Shown here: positions 10,212 to 19,217 of the stretch, one piece after another
How positions within the stretch are numbered: the stretch's first letter is position 1
Layout: each line of letters starts with the position of its first letter
Origin: a bacterium
Lineage (GTDB): Bacteria; Patescibacteriota; Saccharimonadia; UBA4664; JBBRNT01
DNA length: 64,000 nt
Direction: 5' to 3'
Assembly (NCBI GenBank): GCA_043767845.1
Contig: JAYUFZ010000016.1
Coordinates: 2,523 to 66,522 of the forward strand
Position numbers and translations under genes: made by a program
The notes under the pieces: generated by a model
The model's input: only the letters and a program-made list of their open reading frames with translations
Databases searched by the model: none
What the model was told of the DNA's origin: nothing

Positions 10212-10342
10212 GCCTACCCCGTCCGTCCGCTCCGTGCCTTCACCGGTACGGAGCGCTTCTTTTTTATCTGATAAATCGGCCGCATTAGATAAGGCTGTAA
10301 ATACCTATTGACACAAATAACATAGCCTGATACGATCGTAAG

Positions 10343-11098
10343 CATCAGTTTCGTGGCCCTAACTACGAGATCGATTTTTGACAAGACAGAGAAATCCCCG
10401 GCTTCGGATCAGTGTTTCAAATCAGTTTGAAATAGCGATCCGAAGCTGGAAACACCAGCTCCCAACGAATGAGGTAATGCATGCACGACATGTCCACCTT
10501 CCACTCCTACAAGTTCTGAGCTCCGCGCCGCCGGCGACCCACAAGGTCTGCAGCACCCCGATGAAAGGTAATCATGCCACGAGCACCGAACACCCATCTC
10601 ATCCGCCGCAACACCCCAGCTCCACCGAGCTGAACACCGTCGCCGTCCGTTGACACCCAATTCGTAGTAGTGACCCGGCAATCACGCGGTAAGCTATGAA
10701 GCAAGTGTCCAATGTAAGGAGTATCAAATGCAGGAGATGCAGTAGCCCCGCCGCAAAGACGACAAGAAGAATCGTCTGACCGGAGCCCGGGGCATCTCGT
10801 GACGAATACGCAGTAACCCTAGCTGACAGCAGCAACCTGCGGGTCCACATGAGTTCTGACTTCGTCAGGCTGGCTGGGCGCTCTCGCCCCAATCCCACGC
10901 CTAGAAGCAAGCCATCTGCCCGATTCAAGGGACATTCAACCCTGACTGCTGAGCGTTTGAAGTGCTGCGACGAATATTCGTCAGGATGGGGGCAAGCTGG
11001 TAAGCTTGGGCACGTCGCTTGCGACCATGCTGGGATTCTCTGTCTTGTCTCCCCTCCGCAATTATTCAAAAATCCCTCGCCAATGGCGGGGGATTTTT
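10343..11098 (+). ncRNA. putative large structured ncRNA (~750 nt) of unknown class
   Basis: TTGACA-17-TACGAT promoter (10308-10336); closing helix 10380-10398/11032-11049; many internal hairpins; terminator 11068-11098; no convincing long ORF. Confidence 0.7.
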
Positions 11099-11283
11099 GT
11101 TACCCGCCTAAACCATTACAATCTTAAAGCCATTGACAAAAGTAGGCAAATATGCTAATATACAGCGCGTTACTCAACTGTACCTCACATCGGGTCTCTA
11201 GCCTCCACTGCTCTGGGTTGTATTCACCTACACCCCAGTACTGTGGAGTCCGCTAGGGACTCCCTCTCCCAGAGGAGAAATAC

Positions 11284-12009
11284 ATGCAGAAGCTCAATTT
11301 CACCGACGTTTTCCCCGATTCGCGCTTTGTGCGCAACGGCGCGTCCCATGAGGACGTCGTCAAAGGCGCGGAGATGGCGCTGGAGCACCGGGCCTTCGTT
11401 CGCGAGTTGACCGATCAGCTCGACGGGCGGATGTACAACACGATCAGCACCTGGGACACCTTCGTCGCCGAGGCCAACACCCAGCTCCACGCTGCACTGG
11501 TAGCCTTCAACCGGGTGGTTATCGCCTGGGAAGACTTCAGAGGCTTCATGCTCACCACCGAAGAACTGAAGACCGCCTCCGAGGCGTTGATCCGCTGCGA
11601 AGCGGCTCGACTCAACCTCACCGGCAGCTACCCAGCTCTCGTTTGCTCCAAGCTCGTCCACAACAAGTTGGCACGGGTCAAAGAGGGTATCCTCCAAGCT
11701 CGCCAGTATGAGCTGGACAAGGCAGAGTATCTTCAAAACGAGCTGCTGGGCATGCAACCCCAATCCGAAAAGCTGGTTGATCAACTGGTCGAACTGGCCG
11801 GCGATCCCCGGCTCACGCACGAATTGCAGGAAATGAGCACCGCACTCTGGACTCGGCTCTACTACGCTTGGAACGCTGCCGAAGAAGGCAAAGTCAAAGA
11901 TCTCTTTGAGCTGAAAAGCATCATCTCTGAGATGGAGCGCTTTGTGCTTAAGATGTCGAACCGCAAGCCGGCGCGGCCGGTCGAGGTGGTTCCCAAGACC
12001 GTCGACTGA
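11284..12009 (+). CDS. helical hypothetical protein; frame continues past TGA to 12138
   Basis: TTGACA-17-TAATAT promoter, GAGGAG RBS and GC3-rich codons. Confidence 0.75.
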   Translation: MQKLNFTDVFPDSRFVRNGASHEDVVKGAEMALEHRAFVRELTDQLDGRMYNTISTWDTFVAEANTQLHAALVAFNRVVIAWEDFRGFMLTTEELKTASEALIRCEAARLNLTGSYPALVCSKLVHNKLARVKEGILQARQYELDKAEYLQNELLGMQPQSEKLVDQLVELAGDPRLTHELQEMSTALWTRLYYAWNAAEEGKVKDLFELKSIISEMERFVLKMSNRKPARPVEVVPKTVD

Positions 12010-12311
12010 AGCAAGCAGGATCGCATTGCGGTGGCCAAGCCCCAGCGGGTCATCTCGACCCCCTCTCAGCGTGGGCGAGCAGTTGCCAATGCCGGCAAGA
12101 CCTCCGCCCAGCTGGCGGCTCGCGGCAAGAAGAAGTAGCCCCGGCTACACCTCGGCAAATAACACCGCCACTCTCTGGGAGAACCCCCGACCACATGCGC
12201 AAGTGCGTGGTCGGGGCAACCCCTAAGTACGTAACATAAGATTATGGCCTTAGGGGTTGTTTTTGTGTAAGCGGGGGCTCATCGACTATACTGGTGTAAA
12301 CAGGAGGGTTC

Positions 12312-13340
12312 ATGTTAGACGATCAGACTTTTATTGCCAAATACGATGTATCGAACGCGCTGGGGATTATTGGCGGCCAGCCAGATCAGCTTACGCAGGA
12401 CTACGACACCAGCCATATTGAGAAGTTTGAGGTTCGAAACATTGTATTAGCTGGTATGGGCGGTTCGGCATTAGCAGCGGAGTTTACTCGGTCGTGGTTA
12501 TCTGATCGCCTGCCTGTGCCATTCGTGATTGACCGCGACTACAATGACCCGGGTTTCGTGAACGAGAATACTCTCTTTATCGCTTCCAGTTATTCTGGCA
12601 ACACCGAGGAAACCATCTCGGCTCTCGAGCAAGCGGCTGCCAAAAAGGCTCATATTGTCATCCTGACGGCTGGCGGTAAGGAAGAAGAGATAGCAAAGGA
12701 GAAGAATTACCCCCTGCTGCTCACACCAAGTGGCCTCCAGCCGCGTCTAGCGGTTCTCTACGGCGTGAAAGCCCTCTGCCAGCTCTTTGATACACTTGAG
12801 CTCACCAAGGGCGCTACAGACGAGCTGATGGCCGGTGGCGAGTGGGCTAAGGCTCACATAGACACCTGGGTGGCTACGGCTCCTGCTGTTGGCAATGTGG
12901 CCAAGCAGATCGCCCAGGCCCTCTTTGGCTCGCCAGTCGTGGTTTACGGTGGCCCGAGCCTAGCTATGCCAACCATGAAGTGGAAGATCGATATCAATGA
13001 AAATGCTAAGAACGTGGCCTTCTACAATATTTTGTCCGAGCTCGACCATAATGAGTTTCAGGGTTGGATATTCCCCGAGCGCAAGCAGCTTAAAGTTGTA
13101 GAGTTGCAATCATCGTTTGATAATGATCGGATCAAGAAGCGCTTCGAGGTTACTAACAGGTTACTGAGCGGCCATATGCCGGCGCCAATCATCGTGCAGG
13201 CGATAGGTGAGAGCAAGCTAGAGCAAATGCTCTGGACACTTTTATTAGGGGATTTTGTGAGCGCCTACCTGGCTTTCCTAAATGGAATTGACCCGACGCC
13301 GGTAAAGCTCGTAGAGCAACTCAAGAAAGATCTCGGCTAG
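12312..13340 (+). CDS. bifunctional phosphoglucose/phosphomannose isomerase
   Basis: GMGGSA, SYSGNTEET, QPR, NENAK and ELDHNE motifs. Confidence 0.93.
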   Translation: MLDDQTFIAKYDVSNALGIIGGQPDQLTQDYDTSHIEKFEVRNIVLAGMGGSALAAEFTRSWLSDRLPVPFVIDRDYNDPGFVNENTLFIASSYSGNTEETISALEQAAAKKAHIVILTAGGKEEEIAKEKNYPLLLTPSGLQPRLAVLYGVKALCQLFDTLELTKGATDELMAGGEWAKAHIDTWVATAPAVGNVAKQIAQALFGSPVVVYGGPSLAMPTMKWKIDINENAKNVAFYNILSELDHNEFQGWIFPERKQLKVVELQSSFDNDRIKKRFEVTNRLLSGHMPAPIIVQAIGESKLEQMLWTLLLGDFVSAYLAFLNGIDPTPVKLVEQLKKDLG

Positions 13341-13367
13341 AGCTTCGGTACAGCCCTGCCACAGACA

Positions 13368-13400
13368 CCCAAAACCCCCGCTGGTAGCGGGGGTTTTGGG
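13368..13400. terminator. bidirectional terminator
   Basis: CCCAAAACCCCCGCT/AGCGGGGGTTTTGGG between convergent genes. Confidence 0.8.
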
Positions 13401-13530
13401 GTGGAAAAGATCTGATCTTGTTCAGCATAACAATTACCATCCTCTAATCTGTTGAACACTTATGCTATCAGATTGGAAAAGGTCAGACCTCTTGGCGGTT
13501 ATGCTAGGATGTTGCGCAAGGCCTAGCGAG

Positions 13531-14262
13531 CTAGTCCCGCTTGCCAATAGCGGCGACCATTAGACCGAAGCCGGCTTTGTCGCGGCGGAAGCTGTGTAGG
13601 CTGACGTCTTCCATGCTGCAGCGCAGGTCGCGCTCGATCTGCTGTTTTGGGACGCCAGCGGCCAGCACTTGATCATAAACAGCTAGCGGATTGTCGATGT
13701 AGACCTTGGTCGGGTCGAGATGGGGGGCTTTGTACTTGGCAGCGAAGGGAGCGGCCAGTTCTTTGCCGAATTCGTAGCATTTGGCGCAGGCGCCAGGACC
13801 TTGGTAGATAAAACAGTCGGCCGGGTTGACCTTGTACTCTTTTTTCAGCGCGGCAAACATTGCAGGGATGGCGCCAGCCAGCGTACCTTTCCAACCCGAA
13901 TGGGTGGCGGCGATGGCGCCAGTTTTGGGGTCGTAGGCGAGGATGGTAACGCAATCCGCCGCTGTTACGCCAATTAACAGATCGGGCTTGTCGGTAATCA
14001 GCCCATCAACCTCGGTCTTACTCCGGACACCCACATACTCATCGATTCGCTCAATGGCGGCACCATGTGTTTGCTCGGCAATGATAAATTGGCCGTACTT
14101 GAAGCCGAGGTTTTCGGCGATCAGCGTGCGGTTCTGGATTGCCCGCGGGTAGTCCCAAGGTTTTACTTGGTCGTGGAGGCGACTTTTGGGGTCACGCAGG
14201 CTGAGACCGGCAGTGACTTTAGGGAATTGTTCAAAGATGGGTGGACGGAATAGCTGCATCAT
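13531..14262 (-). CDS. YfiH/PgeF laccase-domain protein
   Basis: QTHG, DGLIT, ADCVTI, HSGWKG and SFRR motifs. Confidence 0.9.
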   Translation of the reverse strand: MMQLFRPPIFEQFPKVTAGLSLRDPKSRLHDQVKPWDYPRAIQNRTLIAENLGFKYGQFIIAEQTHGAAIERIDEYVGVRSKTEVDGLITDKPDLLIGVTAADCVTILAYDPKTGAIAATHSGWKGTLAGAIPAMFAALKKEYKVNPADCFIYQGPGACAKCYEFGKELAAPFAAKYKAPHLDPTKVYIDNPLAVYDQVLAAGVPKQQIERDLRCSMEDVSLHSFRRDKAGFGLMVAAIGKRD

Positions 14263-15491
14263 TATTCGTATCTCAAAGCCTCAATTGGCCGTTTACGTGC
14301 TGCTTTTATGGCTGGTGCCAGGCCAAATATGATGCCAATGGCGACTGAAACGCCAAAGGCCAGGGCAATTGTCGGGACGGTGAAGACTGGCGTGACGCCA
14401 GCGAGGCGACCTACTAATGTTCCTTGGCCATAGGCGGCCGCGATACCAAGCAGACCACCAAAGAGGCTAATCATTATGGCCTCGATGAGGAACTGCAGGG
14501 CGATAGTTAGGCGGGTGGCGCCAAGGGCCTTTCGGATACCAATTTCACGGGTGCGTTCAGTGACGGTGACCAGCATCATGTTCATAATACCAATCCCGCC
14601 CACAATGAGGGCGATGGAGGCGATTGCCGCCACAAAGCTGCTCAACAGGTCTAGTATACCACCAACTGTCGAAACCAGGTCAGCTTGGGTCAGAACACTG
14701 AAGTCTTCCTGGCCGCCGTGGTTTAGCAGCAAGGCTTTTTTGACGCGCTCGACTGAAGGCTTAATCTGGTCGGAACTGTCGGCCTGGGTGACGATACGCA
14801 TGATCTGTACATTGCCGCCGGTCAGTGTGGTAGCGGTGTCGATCGGCATGTAGACGACGTTGTCGAGACCACCGCCGGTGAGCGATGATGTGCCGGTGTC
14901 GGTTTTAGCAATGACGCCAATGACTGTCAGGTCGGTAGTGCGGATTTTGATCTTCTCGCCGACGGCCTTTTTGTCGCCGAAGAGCTCGTCTTTGGCGTCG
15001 CTACCGAGCACTACCAGGTTTTTGGTTGTTTCGGCCGGCCAGAAGAAGCGGCCTTCGCTGAATTTCTGCTGACGGACCAGGTTGTAATCTGGAGTTGTGG
15101 CCAGAATGAGCGTGCCACTTGCCACAGTGCTTTGGTAGGAGACTACGCCAGAAATGATCGCCATGGGGGCTACGCGGGTAATATGGCTTTGGGCGCCAAT
15201 GGTCGTGACATCGGCCTTAGTAAGGGTCGAGGCGCCAACCCCGGAGGCGAAATTGGTTTGCTTCTTACCCTTGGCGTCGGTGGAGATGGTTTTACCGCTA
15301 GTAACAGTAATAATATTTGTCCCGAGGCCAGTGATCTGATCGGAGACCGACTTTTTGACCCCTTCGCCCACGGCGTTGATCGAGACGACGGCGGCAATGC
15401 CGATAATAATACCGAGCATGGTCAAAAAGGAGCGTAGCTTGGAGTTTTTGATGCTCATAGCCGCCATTTTGATGTTTTCGTAAATCATCAT
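14262..15491 (-). CDS. MacB/FtsX-family ABC permease
   Basis: RSFLTMLGIIIG, VGGIGIMN, ERTREIGIRKALGA and PIEALRYE motifs. Confidence 0.95.
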   Translation of the reverse strand: MMIYENIKMAAMSIKNSKLRSFLTMLGIIIGIAAVVSINAVGEGVKKSVSDQITGLGTNIITVTSGKTISTDAKGKKQTNFASGVGASTLTKADVTTIGAQSHITRVAPMAIISGVVSYQSTVASGTLILATTPDYNLVRQQKFSEGRFFWPAETTKNLVVLGSDAKDELFGDKKAVGEKIKIRTTDLTVIGVIAKTDTGTSSLTGGGLDNVVYMPIDTATTLTGGNVQIMRIVTQADSSDQIKPSVERVKKALLLNHGGQEDFSVLTQADLVSTVGGILDLLSSFVAAIASIALIVGGIGIMNMMLVTVTERTREIGIRKALGATRLTIALQFLIEAIMISLFGGLLGIAAAYGQGTLVGRLAGVTPVFTVPTIALAFGVSVAIGIIFGLAPAIKAARKRPIEALRYE

Positions 15492-16201
15492 AGTCGTCGT
15501 CCTATCTTAGCTTTCGGTGATCTGGGGGCGGTTCCGATAATCTGGCCGTCTTTGACCACGATCGTGCGCTGGGCTTGCTCGGCGAGCTCCGGGTTATGGG
15601 TGATCATGACGATGGTATTGCCGGCTTTATGGAGCTCATGGAGCTTGTCCATAACCACCTTGCTGGACTTGGTATCAAGATTGCCGGTCGGCTCGTCGGC
15701 CAGTATGAGGCTGGGCTTATTGGCTAGTGCCCGGGCAATGGCGGCGCGCTGGGCCTGGCCACCGGAAATCCGGTTTGGTCGGGCCTTGGCCTGTTCCTTG
15801 ATCCCCATTAGGTCGAGCAGTTTCATGGCGCGTTTGCGGCGGGCAGTGGCCGAAAGGCCAGCGTAGATCATTGGCACTTCGATGTTTTGGACTAGGCTCA
15901 GGCGAGTGAGTAGGTTAAAGCTCTGGAAAACAAAGCCGATTTTGTCGCGGCGGATGTGGGCCAGGCCGGCGTCTTTGATGCCGGAGACCAGCTCGCCGTC
16001 GAGTAGGTATTCACCGGAACTTGCTACATCGAGCAGGCCAATAATGTTCATAAGTGTTGACTTACCAGATCCGGAGTGGCCCATGATGGCCACGAATTCG
16101 CCTTTAGCGACACTTAAATTAATGTTTTGAAGGATTGGCGCCTCGTCTGGCGCGGCGTCAGCAAAGCGTTTGGTGATATTTCGGAGTTCGATAACATTCA
16201 T
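15488..16201 (-). CDS. ABC transporter ATP-binding protein (LolD/MacB type)
   Basis: GHSGSGKST, ISGGQAQR and ILADEPTGNLD motifs. Confidence 0.95.
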   Translation of the reverse strand: MNVIELRNITKRFADAAPDEAPILQNINLSVAKGEFVAIMGHSGSGKSTLMNIIGLLDVASSGEYLLDGELVSGIKDAGLAHIRRDKIGFVFQSFNLLTRLSLVQNIEVPMIYAGLSATARRKRAMKLLDLMGIKEQAKARPNRISGGQAQRAAIARALANKPSLILADEPTGNLDTKSSKVVMDKLHELHKAGNTIVMITHNPELAEQAQRTIVVKDGQIIGTAPRSPKAKIGRRL

Positions 16202-16284
16202 GTATCTATTGTACTCTTTTACTCTCAGAAACTGAAAAGTATCAGGAGTGGAACGATTGCACATGTCTGAAATATTCGTTGTAC

Positions 16285-16318
16285 TATATCACTTGACGAT
16301 ATATCAGAAATTGATATA
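16285..16318. promoter_or_regulatory. tandem TATATC-N7-GATATA palindromes over the padR promoter; candidate PadR operator
   Basis: tatatcacttgacgatatatcagaaattgatata overlaps the TTGACG and TATAGT boxes. Confidence 0.5.
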
Positions 16319-16326
16319 GTAAGCAT

Positions 16327-16671
16327 ATGCACAATCAAAAATTACTCACCCAAGTTTCGTTCTGTATGTTATTAGCCCTGAGCCTCAAGCCGCGGCACGG
16401 CTATGAACTGATGAAACAGATCGAGGTCGATTCCGGAGGCCGGATTAAGCTCGGCCCTGGCGCCCTCTACGGCAATATTAAAGAACTAAGGCAAGCTGGC
16501 CTTATCGAAGAGCTATCCGCCACCACCAGCGAGCAACGCCGCCGCTACTACCAACTAACGGCCAAAGGGCGCGGCCGGCTGCAGCAAGAAATTACTTACT
16601 TCCGGGAAACAGTCAAAATTGCCGAGCAGAGGAATCTGATAATTAAAACAAATGAAGGGACCGTCTCGTGA
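16327..16671 (+). CDS. PadR-family transcriptional regulator
   Basis: HGYELMK, GALY and RRYYQLT motifs. Confidence 0.92.
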   Translation: MHNQKLLTQVSFCMLLALSLKPRHGYELMKQIEVDSGGRIKLGPGALYGNIKELRQAGLIEELSATTSEQRRRYYQLTAKGRGRLQQEITYFRETVKIAEQRNLIIKTNEGTVS

Positions 16672-17717
16672 AAAACCTATCAAAAAGTCTAGGAATCTAT
16701 GAAAGCTTGCTGGATTTGTACCCCGCCAGTTTCAAGCGCCAGTATGGATCGCAGATGATCGAGGCGGCCGATGATATGATCTCCGATGCCGCCGGCATAG
16801 ATCGCATCGGAGTAATGATCAAACTCTACGCCGAGCTACCGGCTAGTATCGCTTACCAAAGGCTGATAGCTGATGGTACACAGATCGCCCGGCGGCCAAG
16901 GCAGGTCGTGCGCCGGATAGTAATTACTAGCTTGGTTGTGCTCACGCCATTCTTTGCCGTGCCAGTTTTCGGCTACTTCCATTTTCACGATGCTTACTTC
17001 CAGCTCTCGGTCGACCGAAACTTCAGCCTGATCTGGCAATTGGCCTTGCCGCTGATCACCGTTTATCTTATAGCCAAGCACCTGATAGGCTGGTCGTTGT
17101 ACTTGAGATCCAAGAGCGGCCGGAGTAATGCCTGGATCAAGAAAGCCTGGCCGCTGGTGGCAGTCGGGTTGATGGCTGTGCCGCTGAGCCTGCTAGCGAT
17201 CTCGACGCTCTATTCCCCAAGCGAGAATCGCTCGATCGTCGCCTCGGCTGTCGCCCAAGCTACCTCTCCCAGTCACGCTTGCCAGGCCTTTCCTTTAGAG
17301 TCAGCAAAGAAGCTACTGGGCAGCAAAGCGGTAATGAATAATGCCCGGCAGTATGGGTCAGGGGAGATTCGTTACGATGGAATATTAAGCGATACACCCG
17401 ATGAAATAGTCAGCAGTTGTAGCTATGCCATCGGATTTGCCTCGCTGATTATCCAGGTCTCAGATCCGAAGAACAGTGCCGCCCAGACTGCTCAGAGGCG
17501 AGATTTCTTCACCAATCTTGCTGCAGTAGAAGAGCCTATCAGGGTCAGCGGTTACGATGGCTTCTACACCGATCCAACGGATAAAAACAAAGCTAGCAAC
17601 AATTCTAATCAACTAACTGAATTGCGGCTGTGGGCCAAGGGGCGCTGGGTTGAGGTAAGCGCCTCGAGTTTAGAAATGGCTATAGGCGCGATCAATGTAG
17701 TTATAAATAATCTCTAA
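16668..17717 (+). CDS. PadR-associated membrane protein
   Basis: N-terminal LYPASFKRQYG motif, three TM helices, GTGA overlap with padR. Confidence 0.75.
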   Translation: MKNLSKSLGIYESLLDLYPASFKRQYGSQMIEAADDMISDAAGIDRIGVMIKLYAELPASIAYQRLIADGTQIARRPRQVVRRIVITSLVVLTPFFAVPVFGYFHFHDAYFQLSVDRNFSLIWQLALPLITVYLIAKHLIGWSLYLRSKSGRSNAWIKKAWPLVAVGLMAVPLSLLAISTLYSPSENRSIVASAVAQATSPSHACQAFPLESAKKLLGSKAVMNNARQYGSGEIRYDGILSDTPDEIVSSCSYAIGFASLIIQVSDPKNSAAQTAQRRDFFTNLAAVEEPIRVSGYDGFYTDPTDKNKASNNSNQLTELRLWAKGRWVEVSASSLEMAIGAINVVINNL

Positions 17718-17726
17718 AAAGTAAAA

Positions 17727-17773
17727 CCGCCAGGGCGGAGCCGAACTTTGAGGGTTCGGTCCGCGGCTGGCGG
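17727..17773 (-). terminator. 3' hairpin duplicated at 22453-22497
   Basis: GCCAGGGCGGAGCCGAACTTTG is identical in both copies; U-tract on the minus strand here. Confidence 0.75.
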
Positions 17774-17786
17774 CGGGTGGTCTTGG

Positions 17787-19214
17787 CTAGTGTTGGATAC
17801 GCAAGTTGTTGCGCGCATCAGCCCACAGCTCGATGTAGGTCTTGGAGCAGCTGCGCAAGGATTGGTTTGAGCCGTTGAAGATGACGGTGTGTAGGATGAC
17901 ATCACCGGCTAGGGCGGCTCGGATGGCCGCGCTGTCTTCGACGCCTTGGCCGTCGGTCATGAGTAGCACCTCGGGCACATCATCGGCGGTTTGGACCAAG
18001 TCGCGAATTTCGCTGGCCGCTACCCTTACGGCTTTCAAGATTTCCGTTCCGCCTTCGAGTAGCTGGGGTTCGGCAAAATGGGTTATGAGGCCCATTTTGC
18101 CAGCGCTGTCGTGAGCCTCGATCCGTGAACCAAGGCTTTGGGTGAAGGGGCGGTAGAGGTAGCGCGAGCCGTCGGCCAAGTGGCAGCCAACGACCACGGA
18201 GGCCAGGGCGATCTCGGCGGGGAGCCGTCTTGGATCGCAATCGAATCCGCCCGAGGTGTAGGTCGAGGGGCTCCAGTCCATGAGGATGTAGAGCACCTGC
18301 CCCTTTTTCTCGTCCGGGACGCGAACCTTTTTGGGAACCATGATGGTTTCCTCGTAGGGCTCTTGGACGGTTCTCGGTTCCTGGACGACGACCTCTTTTG
18401 GGACGGGCACTTGCTCGTAGTAGTCGTTGACCTGGATCTCACGCTCGACGACCCGCTTGGCCCAGACCTCCACGGGGAGGGCCAGAATGCTTGGATCGAG
18501 TCGGTTGATCTCGCTGAAGCCGCGGATGGGCCGGGAGACGGCATCATCGGTCGGGAACTGGACTTCCTGGCGCTCGGTTCCCTCAACCACTTTGACGACG
18601 TCTTTTTGGACGACGATTGATCGATACTTGGTGATGGTCTTGGGGACCTGGATGATGACCTCCTTGGTCAAGTCCGGGTTCAGCTTGTTGAAGTAGTCGA
18701 TCACCGGGATCCCTGGCAAATTGTTGATTTGCTCGATGAACCGGGCGATCAACTCGTGGTCAGGTCGGACCAATAGCTCGCCAATAGTCGCTCCGCTCAT
18801 AGCTGATAGTGATTGCACGAATTCACTCGTACCGCTATCCATGCGGCCTGGCATTGGCGGGCCGCTGTGTGCCAGCGTACTGCCTCCGCCCGGTTGCTTG
18901 CCACCAGAGTTGCCTCCCGAGAAGTCGGGGTGCTCAACCAGGGGCTTGAACTTCACGAAGTGTGCTAACCTAGACCGCAGCCTCTCTTGGGGAGAGACAT
19001 TGGTGTGAGTGGTGACATCGAAGATCGTGCCACCCATATGGTGCTTATCGCGCAGTTCGGCTTCGGCCTCCTCGTAGGTCTTGAAAAAACCAACTGGTTT
19101 GGCGCGCTTGTCGAAGAGGGCGAAAGGCCCACCGCTGCGCATTGTCGGCCAGGGTTTTTTGACGACCCATTTGGCAATACGCAGTGGACGCCCAAGCTTT
19201 TGGATGACAGTCAT
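17787..19214 (-). CDS. vWA-domain protein (ViaA-like MoxR partner)
   Basis: MIDAS motif DWSPS, GGTEI and LLMTDG; follows the AAA+ gene. Confidence 0.85.
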   Translation of the reverse strand: MTVIQKLGRPLRIAKWVVKKPWPTMRSGGPFALFDKRAKPVGFFKTYEEAEAELRDKHHMGGTIFDVTTHTNVSPQERLRSRLAHFVKFKPLVEHPDFSGGNSGGKQPGGGSTLAHSGPPMPGRMDSGTSEFVQSLSAMSGATIGELLVRPDHELIARFIEQINNLPGIPVIDYFNKLNPDLTKEVIIQVPKTITKYRSIVVQKDVVKVVEGTERQEVQFPTDDAVSRPIRGFSEINRLDPSILALPVEVWAKRVVEREIQVNDYYEQVPVPKEVVVQEPRTVQEPYEETIMVPKKVRVPDEKKGQVLYILMDWSPSTYTSGGFDCDPRRLPAEIALASVVVGCHLADGSRYLYRPFTQSLGSRIEAHDSAGKMGLITHFAEPQLLEGGTEILKAVRVAASEIRDLVQTADDVPEVLLMTDGQGVEDSAAIRAALAGDVILHTVIFNGSNQSLRSCSKTYIELWADARNNLRIQH

Positions 19215-19217
19215 TGC

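Noticed and set aside
10378-11127. ORF-track proteins in the 10.4-11.1 kb gap
   Set aside because: They overlap on both strands, have poor start contexts and no motifs; RNA structure explains the region better
12007-12009. Genetic code 25 (TGA=Gly)
   Set aside because: TGA terminates genes at expected ends, including ATGA/GTGA overlaps, and conserved genes have no internal TGA
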